The notes beneath the pieces are model-generated. The model was given only the letters and a program-made list of their open reading frames with translations. It had not been told where the DNA came from and did not search any database. Below, one piece after another: positions 27,690-38,061 of a stretch of 64,000 nt of DNA (position 1 is its first letter; every line of letters starts with the position of its first letter). Where the stretch lies: positions 17,559 to 81,558 of IMG/VR virus record IMGVR_UViG_3300033148_003055. One strand, 5' to 3'. The stretch is from a virus. Position numbers and translations under genes: made by a program.

Positions 27690-28076
27690 CTACTCCTTCG
27701 TCTCGCGTAGATACGCGAAAGCACGGTCCAGAGCCGACTCGATCTCTCCGATGTACCACGTCACGTCCTCGGACGGATACCCGAACATCGCCCCGCGGAA
27801 GGCCGCGTCCTCAGACTTCATGCAGGTCACGAAGGACTTCACCATCCGCCGCCGGAGGCTGGCCGGGGTGTCCGGTGTGCAGGCGAGAACCTGCCAGTGG
27901 GGAAGGACGTCGAGGACTTCGAGCTCTTGCTCCCTGAAATACGCAACGATCCCCTCGCGAGTCTCATCGTAGCCGATGCTGGTCCAGACGAACTTCCGAG
28001 CGTGCTCGGGGTCGACCGCCTCCGCGACCTCGCTCTGATAGTCGTCGTCGATGGTCCGCAGCTTATCGTTCATCAC
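27690..28076 (-). CDS. Hypothetical protein
   Basis: 128 aa, GAMFGYP. Confidence 0.6.
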   Translation of the reverse strand: MMNDKLRTIDDDYQSEVAEAVDPEHARKFVWTSIGYDETREGIVAYFREQELEVLDVLPHWQVLACTPDTPASLRRRMVKSFVTCMKSEDAAFRGAMFGYPSEDVTWYIGEIESALDRAFAYLRETKE

Positions 28077-29131
28077 ACCTTCCTCCTCTTGATTTTCTTA
28101 CGCGGGCGATCAAGGGTTTCATGAATTGCTGACGCGACGGTCCGTATCATGAACGGCGGGACGGCGTTGCCCAGTTGTTTACCGGTACTCAATAAGCTGG
28201 AATCCGCCCACCCAAACTGATCCGGAAACCCCATCAACCGTGTTGCTTCCCGGAAATTGATGTATCTCGGATGTTCCCAGTGGAAAATTCCTGTGGTTCT
28301 TGCCCCACCTTTTCCGGGCAACCGCTGAATAGTCGGGGAAGGTTTCATTGGGTCCAGTTTTCGACATGAAAACCAATGGCCGTCCGGATGCACGGAGTCA
28401 AAACCTTTCCCGAGTTTGCATCGAATCCAAGTAGACATTATGGCATTACTGGTAATTCCTTTCCTTGTGTCTTCCGGCAACCCAGTGAAAGCTTCGGCTG
28501 CCGTAACGACCTTCCCGAACGGCCGTGGGAATTCGAAATCCAACCGCAGACCTTTCCTCGTCCCCACGAAAATCAACCTCTGACGCGTTTGCGGAACCCC
28601 ATAATTTGCGGCGTTCATGATCCTGCACCGGACGTGGTAACCGCACCGTTTCAATTCGGTCATGATGGCGGCGAACACGATCCGCATTCTGCCTTTCACC
28701 ATCCCGACGACGTTCTCCATCACGAACGTCTGCGGTTTCACCCCGATCAACAGTCTACAAAATTCTTTGAACAACGTGTTGCGTTCGTCCCCGATCTTAC
28801 GTTTCCCCGACGTGCTGAACCCCTGACATGGTGGGGAACCGTCGAGCACGGTCAGCTCACCCTTTGCCAAACCAATCCGCCGCAGTAACTTCTTCGCATC
28901 GATGTTGGTGATGTCGTCCTCGCACACGACCATGTCGTCGAAATTCAACCGGAGGGTGTCACACGCGTCGGCATCCCATTCCACCGCCGCCAATTCACGG
29001 AACCCGGCCATTCGATACCCCAACCCGGAACCGCCGCAACCTGCGAATGTTGAGACCACGGTCGGTGCGTTTTTCCCTCGGGGTCGTATCGACGCTGACC
29101 ATGCCTCATTCAGTTCTTCCGTGTACTTCAT
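28073..29131 (-). CDS. DNA (cytosine-5) methyltransferase
   Basis: FAGCGG, GSPPCQGFS, MENV, QTRQR, QLGNAVPP. Confidence 0.95.
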   Translation of the reverse strand: MKYTEELNEAWSASIRPRGKNAPTVVSTFAGCGGSGLGYRMAGFRELAAVEWDADACDTLRLNFDDMVVCEDDITNIDAKKLLRRIGLAKGELTVLDGSPPCQGFSTSGKRKIGDERNTLFKEFCRLLIGVKPQTFVMENVVGMVKGRMRIVFAAIMTELKRCGYHVRCRIMNAANYGVPQTRQRLIFVGTRKGLRLDFEFPRPFGKVVTAAEAFTGLPEDTRKGITSNAIMSTWIRCKLGKGFDSVHPDGHWFSCRKLDPMKPSPTIQRLPGKGGARTTGIFHWEHPRYINFREATRLMGFPDQFGWADSSLLSTGKQLGNAVPPFMIRTVASAIHETLDRPRKKIKRRKV

Positions 29132-29730
29132 CACTTCCCCCACTTCGGGATGAAGTGATTCCCACACTCCGGGCACTTCACTTCCGCCATGGATTCGTCA
29201 ACGTCTTTTTCGTCGTACACCTTTTTGGGTCGGACGAACCCGTCTATTTCCAGTTGACTGAACCCTGTCACTTTCTCGAGCTCGGCCACCTCAATCTTGC
29301 GGCGGGACTTGAACATCTTCGCCAGCTTGGCGTGATCCCAGTCCGCGAACTCGCCCGCCTTGTTGTCGGACAGGGCGAACTCCTCGGCGGCCTTCCGAGT
29401 GTCGAAGGTCCTCCAGTGGACCCACACCGTCTCGGCCTGCTCCCACCCCTCCTTGCGGAGCTGGAGCAGGGCCTTGTATCGCGTGTTGCCGGCCCAGATC
29501 GTTCCGTCGGGTGTGGCGACGATCGTCCCGGCGAAGCCGTGTTCCTTGATGAGCTTGGCCACCTTCGGGACGGCGTCCTCGTTGAACCGCGGGTTGTCCG
29601 CCCACGGCGTCAGGTCGTCGAGCGACACCTCCTGATACTGGGCCTTTAACCGTGCCCGCTGGAGCTTGGTGTGCCCCCAGGGGGACGGCTCCGCCTTGAT
29701 CGGGCGGCGTTTCACCGTTCGCTTCGCCAT
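29131..29730 (-). CDS. ParB/Srx N-terminal domain protein
   Basis: LTPWADNPRFN, IWAGNTRYKA, LSDNK, C-terminal CPEC. Confidence 0.85.
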   Translation of the reverse strand: MAKRTVKRRPIKAEPSPWGHTKLQRARLKAQYQEVSLDDLTPWADNPRFNEDAVPKVAKLIKEHGFAGTIVATPDGTIWAGNTRYKALLQLRKEGWEQAETVWVHWRTFDTRKAAEEFALSDNKAGEFADWDHAKLAKMFKSRRKIEVAELEKVTGFSQLEIDGFVRPKKVYDEKDVDESMAEVKCPECGNHFIPKWGK

Positions 29731-31985
29731 TACTTACTCCTCGCATTTTGGATACGATCGTTCGCTATATCACACGACTCTTGATCCTTCTCGAACCCCA
29801 AGAATGGTCTGTCTTCCAACACGCACGCCACCCCTGTCGACCCCGACCCTGCGAATGGGTCGAGCACGAGCCCACCGGTCGGCGAACTCAGGAGGGTGAG
29901 CAGGTACCGCATCAGCTTCAACGGTTTTACCGTAGGATGGCCATTCTTAGTGCCAGCAGGCAGACCCGCGTTGCGTTCCGCCTTGCTGGCCTTGGCGCAG
30001 TAGAAGAATCGCGACGCGCCTCCCGTATCACCATAGCAAGAGTCACTATCATAGCGACCGCCTCCGAAAGCAGCATTACTGCTATGCGTCGGTACTTGCG
30101 GATGACTGCCGGGGCATTCACCGCTCTGCTCATCGAGCATCGCTCCGGCTTCCTCATCCAGAATCAGATTCGCGGGCCAGCGGCCAGCTTGGCACCTCGT
30201 GCTAATCGACGGTTTGGGAGTGCTGCCCTGGCTCCCCCAATTACAACCATTAGATTGCCCGCGATCTTCCCTGAAATTACCGCCATCACCATCGGCAATC
30301 TTTATCCTCCCCCCATCCACGTTCAGCCCTGCCACGCCATGCTCTTGCGCATTCGCAGCGTATGTCCCATCGAGCGGCTTCATGGCAAGGATGATCGGCT
30401 CCCAGGCTGGCTTCAGCGCCGTCCCCCAGCCATCCCACAACTTGGCGGCGTCGGTGGCGGGGGCTGTGACAACAGCTTCGTGACTCGGACCTAACCTCTT
30501 ATTGTTTGGGTCTGTCGTAGCACCAACTGGGAGATTGCCCTTTCTGCCCCGATCTGCATACTTGCCCTGACCTACCACTGCCCGCTCTGCCCCAGCCGCC
30601 TTGTCTATCGCCTTGCTGATATCATGTGACTTCGGGAAACCCGAATTGCCGGTGACAAACACTTTACCGTTACGGCGAGCGACGAATGCCCCCGTTGGAA
30701 CTTTCACACACCAGACCTTTCCGACGTAATGAAAGGGACTGATCCTCGCCAGATCGGTTCTGGTGTGCCGTGTGCCTCGAACAGTTTGTGGTCCCGGTTG
30801 CTTCTGAACAGTGCTAGGTTGCAAAGCCGGTTGTCCTGTGGCTTGTGATTCATGTGATGGACCGTCTCGACCCGTTGTAGACATCGCCCTAATGCTTGCG
30901 CTACAAGAAGTCTGTGCTCCATCACGTAACCGTCCTTGCGGGCCATCGCCCGGAATTCCTGCGGGCATCTGACATACTTGATCGCCGGATAATTCCCGTG
31001 CTTCCTGAAGTACGTCACCCCGCCCTTCCATGCAGGATTGTTTGGCCCCATCATCTTTTTCCTGTAAGACTCCATTGATGTTTCCGTCCACCCGGCACGT
31101 CCTTTGTGTCCGTGCTTGCCCCATTCTTCCCCGCGCAACTTCCCGTTGCACTTTCGGGAGCAAGTCGGTTTTGCTGCTCGCACAAGGTGGCTCGGCGCAC
31201 GGTGAAACCGCTTTCCGCACACAGCGCAAGTCGCGTTCAGCTTCGCCGTTCGTCTCTCTGGCCGCGGACCCATTATCGCTTTTGCCGCACACGCTTTCCC
31301 GCATGTCTTGTTCCGTGCCGCCTGCTCCCTCGTGCGACAAGGGAAAGGCTTGGAGCAGACCTTGCACATCTTCCAGAACGGGTACACGCACTTGGCGTTT
31401 GCGTGCGGCTTCTTCAGCAAGCTGGAATACGAAAGCTCCGCCTTGTTCAACAAGGCAGCGATGATTTCTGGAGACGATCTGGTCTGTAGAATCCGATTGA
31501 ATTCTGAACGCGGTATCGTCGTAGTCGTAAACATACAGGGCCTCAATTTCTTGCCATGAGTACTCATCTCTGACATTATTATAGCATAATGCGAGACGCC
31601 CTGTCAAGGCTTTATTGTAAGGCTCCCACCGCCCGTCTACAAGAATCTCTGTGTCCTCACTCAGACATCCGTACAACCACATCAGACAATCGCGTATCTC
31701 CCAGCCCGCGTCCTCGATAGCGCACATCAGCCGGTGATGGGTTCGCGTGCCGCCGAAGGCCAGCATCATGGCTCCGGGCTTGCAAACACGCAGGGCAGCT
31801 TCCCAGAACTCGACACCGGGTACGCCCTTATCCCAGCCCTTGCCCATGAACTCCAGACCGTATGGCGGATCGGTGACGATGAAGTCGACTGACTCGGCCT
31901 CCATCTCGGCCATGCCTTCACGACAGTCCATGCACTGAACCGGAAGCGGACGTCGTTTGATAATTCGACGACGCTTGACCATCAC
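29730..31985 (-). CDS. DNA N6-adenine/N4-cytosine methyltransferase containing an intein
   Basis: TDPPY, HPTVKP, LDPFAGSGSTG; WLYG/SGFPKS interrupted by an insertion. Confidence 0.9.
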   Translation of the reverse strand: MMVKRRRIIKRRPLPVQCMDCREGMAEMEAESVDFIVTDPPYGLEFMGKGWDKGVPGVEFWEAALRVCKPGAMMLAFGGTRTHHRLMCAIEDAGWEIRDCLMWLYGCLSEDTEILVDGRWEPYNKALTGRLALCYNNVRDEYSWQEIEALYVYDYDDTAFRIQSDSTDQIVSRNHRCLVEQGGAFVFQLAEEAARKRQVRVPVLEDVQGLLQAFPLSHEGAGGTEQDMRESVCGKSDNGSAARETNGEAERDLRCVRKAVSPCAEPPCASSKTDLLPKVQREVARGRMGQARTQRTCRVDGNINGVLQEKDDGAKQSCMEGRGDVLQEARELSGDQVCQMPAGIPGDGPQGRLRDGAQTSCSASIRAMSTTGRDGPSHESQATGQPALQPSTVQKQPGPQTVRGTRHTRTDLARISPFHYVGKVWCVKVPTGAFVARRNGKVFVTGNSGFPKSHDISKAIDKAAGAERAVVGQGKYADRGRKGNLPVGATTDPNNKRLGPSHEAVVTAPATDAAKLWDGWGTALKPAWEPIILAMKPLDGTYAANAQEHGVAGLNVDGGRIKIADGDGGNFREDRGQSNGCNWGSQGSTPKPSISTRCQAGRWPANLILDEEAGAMLDEQSGECPGSHPQVPTHSSNAAFGGGRYDSDSCYGDTGGASRFFYCAKASKAERNAGLPAGTKNGHPTVKPLKLMRYLLTLLSSPTGGLVLDPFAGSGSTGVACVLEDRPFLGFEKDQESCDIANDRIQNARSK
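30645..31667 (-). mobile_element. Intein (341 aa) in methyltransferase
   Basis: Starts CLSEDTEIL, block B VSRNHR, ends VWCVKVPTGAFVARRNGKVFVTGN followed by Ser. Confidence 0.88.
30704..31576 (-). CDS. HNH homing endonuclease nested out-of-frame in the intein
   Basis: CKVC/CAVC zinc fingers, NPAWKGG, YVMEHRL...VHHMNHKPQDNRLCNL; exact start uncertain. Confidence 0.85.
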   Translation of the reverse strand: MSEMSTHGKKLRPCMFTTTTIPRSEFNRILQTRSSPEIIAALLNKAELSYSSLLKKPHANAKCVYPFWKMCKVCSKPFPCRTREQAARNKTCGKACAAKAIMGPRPERRTAKLNATCAVCGKRFHRAPSHLVRAAKPTCSRKCNGKLRGEEWGKHGHKGRAGWTETSMESYRKKMMGPNNPAWKGGVTYFRKHGNYPAIKYVRCPQEFRAMARKDGYVMEHRLLVAQALGRCLQRVETVHHMNHKPQDNRLCNLALFRSNRDHKLFEAHGTPEPIWRGSVPFITSERSGV

Positions 31986-34075
31986 TCACTCCTCTTCTTG
32001 GAAGGCCTCTTACGTTTCACACTCGCCTTCGACTTGAGCCAGTTCTCGTCCTGGGAATACAGTCCCAACGGACGCATCATCCGAAGCAAAGTCCTGCTCA
32101 GGCGCCACCGCTCCCCGCCGTACCCGCGTGTCTTCTCCGGGTCCTTCTGGAGCGTCCGTAGGAGCTCGAGGTCCTGAAGCAGGGAGAGCACAGTGGGCCG
32201 TGGCAGGTTGCAGGCCTTCGCGATCTCCGACGTCTCCATGTAATCGTCCCGGGCGTTGAGGTAGACCTGCTTGACGACCTCCTCGACCTTGTCCGGGATC
32301 GTACTGCGGGCGACGTCGACCACGACCCGGTAGGCGGTGTCGTTCACTGTCTTGGAGCCGTGGAACATCGCCACGCCCATCCCGAGACGGGCGAACTGCT
32401 TCGCCAGGCGGGTCGCCTTCTCCTGGGTCGGCTTGAACTCGACCTCCCTGGTGTACCGCTCCCGGCGGACGATCCCCCGGAGCACTGCCACCCACTGGGC
32501 GAGCTGGAGAATCTTCAGCCGGACGTCCCGGGTCATCGTCGGGGGCTCTGTCGTCGAGACCGCCACGTTGAGCGCCTCCCGTGCGGTGTCCCGGAGGTCC
32601 TCCCGCATCTTGGTCTCCTTGCCGATGTTGGCAAGGGCTCGGTCGATCAACTCCCGGTCCGCCTTCAGGTGCCCGGACTGGGGGATGCGATACTTGAGGA
32701 ACCGCTCGCCGAGCATCGAGCTCGACGCGCCGAACGATTCGATCACGGGGGTGACCCCGCCGATGATCCCGAAGGTGGACTTGTAGAATCGCTCGAGGCC
32801 GTTCCCGTATATCTTCTTCGTCTCCCCATCGTAGGCGTCCCGCAGGATGCCGAAGATTTCGTCCCGCTGGATCGTGGGCAAGGCGAGGATCGTGGTGAAG
32901 TCCTTGATCGTGAGGACCTTGCCGTCCAGCTTCGGGATCAGGCTCGGGTCCTCGTTCCCCTGGTTGGGCATCCCTGAGATCAGGGCGTGCGGTGTGAGCG
33001 AGGTTGTGCTCACGATGAGCGGGGCGTCATTCAGGCTCATGATGAGCTCGGACTTCATCCCGCCAGGCGGGGCCACGAGGAAGAGCCAGATCGGGTCGCC
33101 GTCCAGCCGGTTCGCCAGGACCGCCCCGAACATGACGGACAGCACCTCGGCGTTCGGCATGTACAGCCACTTCCGGTACCGCTCAACGACCTCGGCCACC
33201 GAGAGGCCGTCGCCGTCGAAGGAGGGGGAGTCCTCCCCTAACTCCCCCTCCCCGCCGTCCACCCCATGAATGGTCCCCGGGGCGAGCGGCTGCATCAGCT
33301 TCTTCAGGACTACGATCGTCTTCTTGCCGCGCTTCCCGTAGAGGTCCCGCACGTCATAGCCGTCGGGGAACCGCTCGGGCCAGTGAACGAACTTGAGGTC
33401 CTTGGCGATCCCCTTCAGCATGTTCTGGATGCGGACGCTGCCGCGCTCGCCGCCGTCATCGTGGTCGAGGCAGCAGAACACCCGCTTCTTCTGGAAGTAG
33501 GGGAGGGCGTGCTTCGGGAATGTGTTCGCCCCCGGGACGACGACGACCGACCCGTGGGCTCCGTTCTCCTGGAGGCATTCCCAGAGCGCCATGCCGTCCC
33601 ATTCTCCTTCTGCGATGAAAACGACGTCGGTGTCCGGGTCGTCGATGCCAATCAGTGATACGTTCCCACCGGTAGACCCGAGCATCTTCCGGCCGATCCG
33701 GTACCGGCGGAGGTCGTACGTCTTCCCGCAGAAGTCGACGGGGATCGTGTAAGACTCACCGTCCCACCCGACCCGCCAGGCCCGCAGCGTCTTGACCTTG
33801 AGCCCACGGCTCTTCGCCAACTTCTTCGCGATGGTCCCCTGGAGGTTCTCGGCGTTGATGATGGCGCGCTTCTCGAAGAAGGTCTTGACGTTTCCTGACT
33901 CGCCACACTTCTTGCAGTCCCACTGACCGGTCTTCGTGTTCAGGTAGAATTTGTCGGCCTTCCCGCAGAACGGGCAGTCGCCCCTCGCGTGTCCGGACCC
34001 CGCCGGTTCGAGGTAGACGTTGTGCTGCCGGAAGGTGTCGATCGGCCCCTTGGCCTTACTTTTGCTCGACGCCAT
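31982..34075 (-). CDS. Primase-helicase (Zn finger, TOPRIM, AAA+/MCM-like helicase)
   Basis: CPFC...CKKC, AEGEWDG, DHD, APPGGMKS, IKDF, ERFL. Confidence 0.85.
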   Translation of the reverse strand: MASSKSKAKGPIDTFRQHNVYLEPAGSGHARGDCPFCGKADKFYLNTKTGQWDCKKCGESGNVKTFFEKRAIINAENLQGTIAKKLAKSRGLKVKTLRAWRVGWDGESYTIPVDFCGKTYDLRRYRIGRKMLGSTGGNVSLIGIDDPDTDVVFIAEGEWDGMALWECLQENGAHGSVVVVPGANTFPKHALPYFQKKRVFCCLDHDDGGERGSVRIQNMLKGIAKDLKFVHWPERFPDGYDVRDLYGKRGKKTIVVLKKLMQPLAPGTIHGVDGGEGELGEDSPSFDGDGLSVAEVVERYRKWLYMPNAEVLSVMFGAVLANRLDGDPIWLFLVAPPGGMKSELIMSLNDAPLIVSTTSLTPHALISGMPNQGNEDPSLIPKLDGKVLTIKDFTTILALPTIQRDEIFGILRDAYDGETKKIYGNGLERFYKSTFGIIGGVTPVIESFGASSSMLGERFLKYRIPQSGHLKADRELIDRALANIGKETKMREDLRDTAREALNVAVSTTEPPTMTRDVRLKILQLAQWVAVLRGIVRRERYTREVEFKPTQEKATRLAKQFARLGMGVAMFHGSKTVNDTAYRVVVDVARSTIPDKVEEVVKQVYLNARDDYMETSEIAKACNLPRPTVLSLLQDLELLRTLQKDPEKTRGYGGERWRLSRTLLRMMRPLGLYSQDENWLKSKASVKRKRPSKKRSE

Positions 34076-35100
34076 TATATTCCTTTCCTTATCCGCTCCC
34101 GTGCCAGTGCGCAGTAATCAGCATTCAATTCTATCCCGATGAATCTCCTGCCTTCCACCAGAGCCACAGAACCCGTAGTTCCAGAGCCCATGAATGGATC
34201 GAGAACGATTCCACCTTCTGGGCATCCTGCTAGAATGCACGGCTCGACCAGCTTCGGAGGGAACGTAGCGAAGTGTGCACCCGTATACGATCGCGTCGCA
34301 ATCGCCCATACGTCACGACGATTGCGTTTGAGTGCGACCTCTTTGTCCGTTCGCTTCCGGTTCCCTGCTTGATCCGTCTGCCCCGGTGATGAGTTTCCAC
34401 AACCCGTGGTGTCGTGATGATTCCTGCCTACGGTCGGTTCCTTCACTGCTTCATGATCATAGTAGTACCGCTTGCTCTTGGCCATCAGGAATAGGTACTC
34501 ATGAGCCTTGGTGGGGCGGTCTGTAACCGACTCCGGCATGGGGTTCGGCTTGTGCCAGATGATATCCGACCTCAACCACCAGCCGTCGGCCTGGAGGGCG
34601 AAGGCGACACGCCAAGGCATCCCGACGAGGTCCTTGGGCTTCAAACCTTTCTGCGGCATTCGGTTAGGCTGGGTCCTCGGTCCCATCGCCTTGAGCGACG
34701 GACCATGCTTCCCAGAATTCTCCGCAGTGTGCGTACCGCGGTTTCCCTTCCACTTAGCTCCTTGCCTTCCACCCCCCGGGTGATCGCCGACCTTGCCGGC
34801 TCCGGTAGCATAGCAGTCGCCGTAATTGAGCCAGAGCGTCCCGTCCTTCCGAAGCACCCGACGGACCTCGGTGAAGACCTCCACCATCCTCTTGATATGT
34901 TCTTCATACGTAACCTCGATGCCGAGTTGCCCCTCCACGCCATAGTCCCGAAGTCCCCAATAGGGTGGGCTTGTCACCACGCAATGGACCGAATCGTCAT
35001 CGATCTGCCCGAGGCCGGTTAGAACATCGGCGTTGATGATCCTACATTCCTCAGGATCAATAATTCGTCGCCGTTCAATCTTACGACGTTTCGCGGCCAC
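34075..35100 (-). CDS. DNA N4-cytosine/N6-adenine methyltransferase
   Basis: [28 protein letters not shown]. Confidence 0.93.
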   Translation of the reverse strand: MAAKRRKIERRRIIDPEECRIINADVLTGLGQIDDDSVHCVVTSPPYWGLRDYGVEGQLGIEVTYEEHIKRMVEVFTEVRRVLRKDGTLWLNYGDCYATGAGKVGDHPGGGRQGAKWKGNRGTHTAENSGKHGPSLKAMGPRTQPNRMPQKGLKPKDLVGMPWRVAFALQADGWWLRSDIIWHKPNPMPESVTDRPTKAHEYLFLMAKSKRYYYDHEAVKEPTVGRNHHDTTGCGNSSPGQTDQAGNRKRTDKEVALKRNRRDVWAIATRSYTGAHFATFPPKLVEPCILAGCPEGGIVLDPFMGSGTTGSVALVEGRRFIGIELNADYCALARERIRKGI

Positions 35101-35238
35101 GTCGGCCCCCCTTCCCGGCGACCATCGCCGCGAGCACCCGCTCGAGTTCCTGCTTGTCGAGGTACGTGTAACTCGGCCGCCTCCGTTCCGGAATCCCTGC
35201 TTCCTTGCAGATCGCCTTGATGAGGTCAAGTCTGTAAA

Positions 35239-35880
35239 TCATTTGCGTGCCTCCTTAACCGCAGGCAGCATTGTCTCGAACACTGCCTGTGCAAATCCAC
35301 GAGGGGTGATAGACCCTAGCTCTGGTCTGTCTTTCCCAGACAAATAGTGAATGAAGTTCGGGTCCGTGATCTCTGTTTCCTTCTGAGGGGGTTGCTGGAA
35401 ACCTGCCCCGCACCATATACAAGTCCTCTTCGGGTACCCATCCACCGGTGGGTCGAAGTATCCCCCGTACTCCCAAGGATGGAAGGTCCAGTCGGGCTTC
35501 CTCCATGCTCGCGTCAAGCGCCCTACGGGGTTCTCCAACATCCACGGGGCTCCGGCGGCTGTAAGCAAGTCACGGCAGCGGAAGGCGAGATGGGTCGCCT
35601 CGTGGTAGACTGGGGCGCCCTTACCTTCCCACCACCTAGCCCCGGACCCGGCTAAGTCGGTACACGGCGGGAACGCGAATCCGATCGCGACGCGTGACAA
35701 CGGGAACGGGGGCGCCCAAGTTAGAACATTGGCTGCCACCCGCATTATACCGTCGGCCCCAAAACCTCGGCTGGTCAGGGCCGAGTCAACTATCCAGCAG
35801 TCGAAGCCTTCCTCAACCCACGGCCTTACCATGATCCCGGATTTATCACAGAGACTCAGTACGATCCGGCGCCCTTTCAC
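35239..35880 (-). CDS. Short phage-type DNA cytosine methyltransferase
   Basis: VLSLCD.SG, AFPPCTDLA.SG, LENPVG, SITPRGFA. Confidence 0.8.
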   Translation of the reverse strand: MKGRRIVLSLCDKSGIMVRPWVEEGFDCWIVDSALTSRGFGADGIMRVAANVLTWAPPFPLSRVAIGFAFPPCTDLAGSGARWWEGKGAPVYHEATHLAFRCRDLLTAAGAPWMLENPVGRLTRAWRKPDWTFHPWEYGGYFDPPVDGYPKRTCIWCGAGFQQPPQKETEITDPNFIHYLSGKDRPELGSITPRGFAQAVFETMLPAVKEARK

Positions 35881-37643
35881 TTCGGCACCTCCACTTCGCG
35901 TTTGCGTTCCCAGCTGATGGTCGACAGCTCCGCCTCGATCTCGAGGGGAACGTCGAACATCGGGAAATCAATCATCAGCACACGGATGTCCTTCAGATAC
36001 CCCGGCAGGTCGCGGAGCCGGGCCCGTGGGTACTCGATCACGATCTCGTCGTGGATCGGGAGCAGGATACGGACCTCACCGCCGGTCGCCTGCTCGTTGT
36101 AGCGGTGGACCCGGTTCTGCGCCCGCTTCAGGATACCGGCCGCCGTCCCCTGGACGTAGTAGTTCGTGCCCATGTAGGCCTTGTCCCTGGGGACGTAGAG
36201 CCGGCGGCCGAAGGCGGTCGTTACGTAACCCTGCGCCTTGACGATCTCTGAGATCGTATCGCAGAGCCCGGTATACTTCGGGAACCGGGCCCGGTACGCC
36301 TGGATGCCGACCCGTGCCGCCTTGCCGGACAGGCCCAGGGTCACCGCCAGCTTCCGGTCGGTGGCTCCGTAGGGCGCGGCGAAGTTCGCGTTCTTGGCGG
36401 CGGTCCTGAGGGTCTTCCGCATGGCCTTCTTGGCGTCCTTCCATCGTCCACCGTAGACGTAGAACTCGGACCCGGCGAGGGAGTGCATGTCCCCGTCGCC
36501 GAAGTTGATGCACTTCAGCATCTCGTCGTCCCTCGACTCGTGGACGAGGATGCGAGCCTCGATGCCGGCGTAGTCGACGTGGATGTTGACGTACCCGGGG
36601 CGCGGCATGAATGCCTCGCGGGCCGGGACCGTGAACGGGTTCAGGAGCACAGAGGACTTCGCCACGTTCTGGAGGTTGGGGTTCTCACAGCTCTGCCGCG
36701 AGGTAACCGCCGCGCAGGTGTTGATCGTCGGATGGATGATCGCGTCGTCCCCAGCGAGCTCGAGGTACTTCTCCAAGGTCGTGGCCCCCTTCGAGAAGGT
36801 CCGTATCTTCATAATGAGGTCCAGGGCCGGGTGCGCCGTCTGCTCCCGGAGTTCCATGAGGACGAACTTGTTCGTCGACGCCTTTCGGTCCTTCTTGGTC
36901 AAGGCCAAGACCGGCATCCCCAGGTCCCGGTAGAGGAATTGGCGTAGCTGCGGTGGGCTGTCGATGTTGAACCGGCGTCCGGCGATGTCGAAGAGATCGT
37001 CGCGGAGCGTCTCCGTGTCTGCGCTGAGTACGCGTATCATCTTCTCGGTCCGCTTGCGGTTGACCATCAGGCCACGCTCTTCCATTCGCATCGTCGCCCA
37101 GATGAGTTCGATCTCGGTGTTGTAGCATTCCACCCACCGCGGGTCGGCCTGAATCTTTGGCCAGAAGAACAGGTACAGGAGCATCCCCCGCTCGGCATCT
37201 GCGTGCTGGTACTCGGTCATGATATGCTCGGGGACCTTGTGGTAACCTCCGCACTTGTTCGCCATCTTCTTGACCGGGGAGTCCACCTTCGGATACTCCG
37301 CCAGTTCCCAAGCGAGGTTGTCGAGCGAGTGACCGTAGTGATGGTTCTGGAGCAATTTCGACATCATGAGGGTGTCGTGAACGGTGTGCTCGTCGAGCCT
37401 GCGCCCTAGCCATTTCTCCGTCATCTGCGCGTCGAACTTGAGATTGTGGCAACACTTCGCCACCGACGTGTCGGACCAGAACTTCGCCAGCCTCTTCTTC
37501 CCCTGAAGCTGGCGGAGCGGTCGCCCGTCGAGCCGCTGGACGAATGTTTTCCCATCCTCATCGCACGTGCTGTACGAGAACATCCCGGCGCCATGATGGG
37601 CCCGGAGTCCCGTCGTCTCTGTGTCGTAAGCGATGGTCTTCAT
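35877..37643 (-). CDS. polA: DNA polymerase family A with 3'-5' exonuclease
   Basis: DTETTG, HNLKFD, PNLQN, DYAGIEAR, AKNANFAAPYG, PIHDEI. Confidence 0.95.
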   Translation of the reverse strand: MKTIAYDTETTGLRAHHGAGMFSYSTCDEDGKTFVQRLDGRPLRQLQGKKRLAKFWSDTSVAKCCHNLKFDAQMTEKWLGRRLDEHTVHDTLMMSKLLQNHHYGHSLDNLAWELAEYPKVDSPVKKMANKCGGYHKVPEHIMTEYQHADAERGMLLYLFFWPKIQADPRWVECYNTEIELIWATMRMEERGLMVNRKRTEKMIRVLSADTETLRDDLFDIAGRRFNIDSPPQLRQFLYRDLGMPVLALTKKDRKASTNKFVLMELREQTAHPALDLIMKIRTFSKGATTLEKYLELAGDDAIIHPTINTCAAVTSRQSCENPNLQNVAKSSVLLNPFTVPAREAFMPRPGYVNIHVDYAGIEARILVHESRDDEMLKCINFGDGDMHSLAGSEFYVYGGRWKDAKKAMRKTLRTAAKNANFAAPYGATDRKLAVTLGLSGKAARVGIQAYRARFPKYTGLCDTISEIVKAQGYVTTAFGRRLYVPRDKAYMGTNYYVQGTAAGILKRAQNRVHRYNEQATGGEVRILLPIHDEIVIEYPRARLRDLPGYLKDIRVLMIDFPMFDVPLEIEAELSTISWERKREVEVPK

Positions 37644-37686
37644 GTCCTGACTACGCCCCTAATGGTGGGGGCGGGGTGTCCCGCCC

Positions 37687-38056
37687 CCGGTCGCTCTGCA
37701 AGTTTGATTCTCTCAGCCCGGATGGCTCGCTCATGAAAGATGGTTCTCTCTCCGTCCGTGGCTCGCTCGTACGTTATGGTTCTCTCGTAACGTTTGGCTC
37801 GCTCTGCGTCGCTGGTTCTCTCCGGCACTTTGGCTCGCTCGAACCGCTTGGTTCTCTCACAAAGAATGGCTCGCTCGCGGACTGTGGTTCTCTCGAGGGC
37901 GGTGGCTCGCTCTGGCAACGTGGTTCGCTCATGAGCAATGGCTCGCTCCGGCAACGTGGTTCTCTCCGAAGGTCTGGCTCGCTCTTCAATTCTGGTTCCC
38001 TCGACGGTAGTGGCTCGCTCCTTTGCATTGGTTCTCTCAAGACAAATGGCTCGATC
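37687..38056 (-). repeat. TIGR-like dual-repeat guide array: 21 repeats, 20 spacers of 8 nt, 36-nt period
   Basis: Minus strand alternates GAGCGAGCCA and GAGAGAACCA every 18 nt with variable 8-mers; ends in a GC hairpin (about 37667-37688). Confidence 0.88.
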
Positions 38057-38061
38057 TCTCA

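Noticed and set aside
37687-38056. CRISPR array
   Set aside because: Repeats of 10 nt and spacers of 8 nt are far too short, two repeat types alternate, and no cas1/cas2 or effector is present
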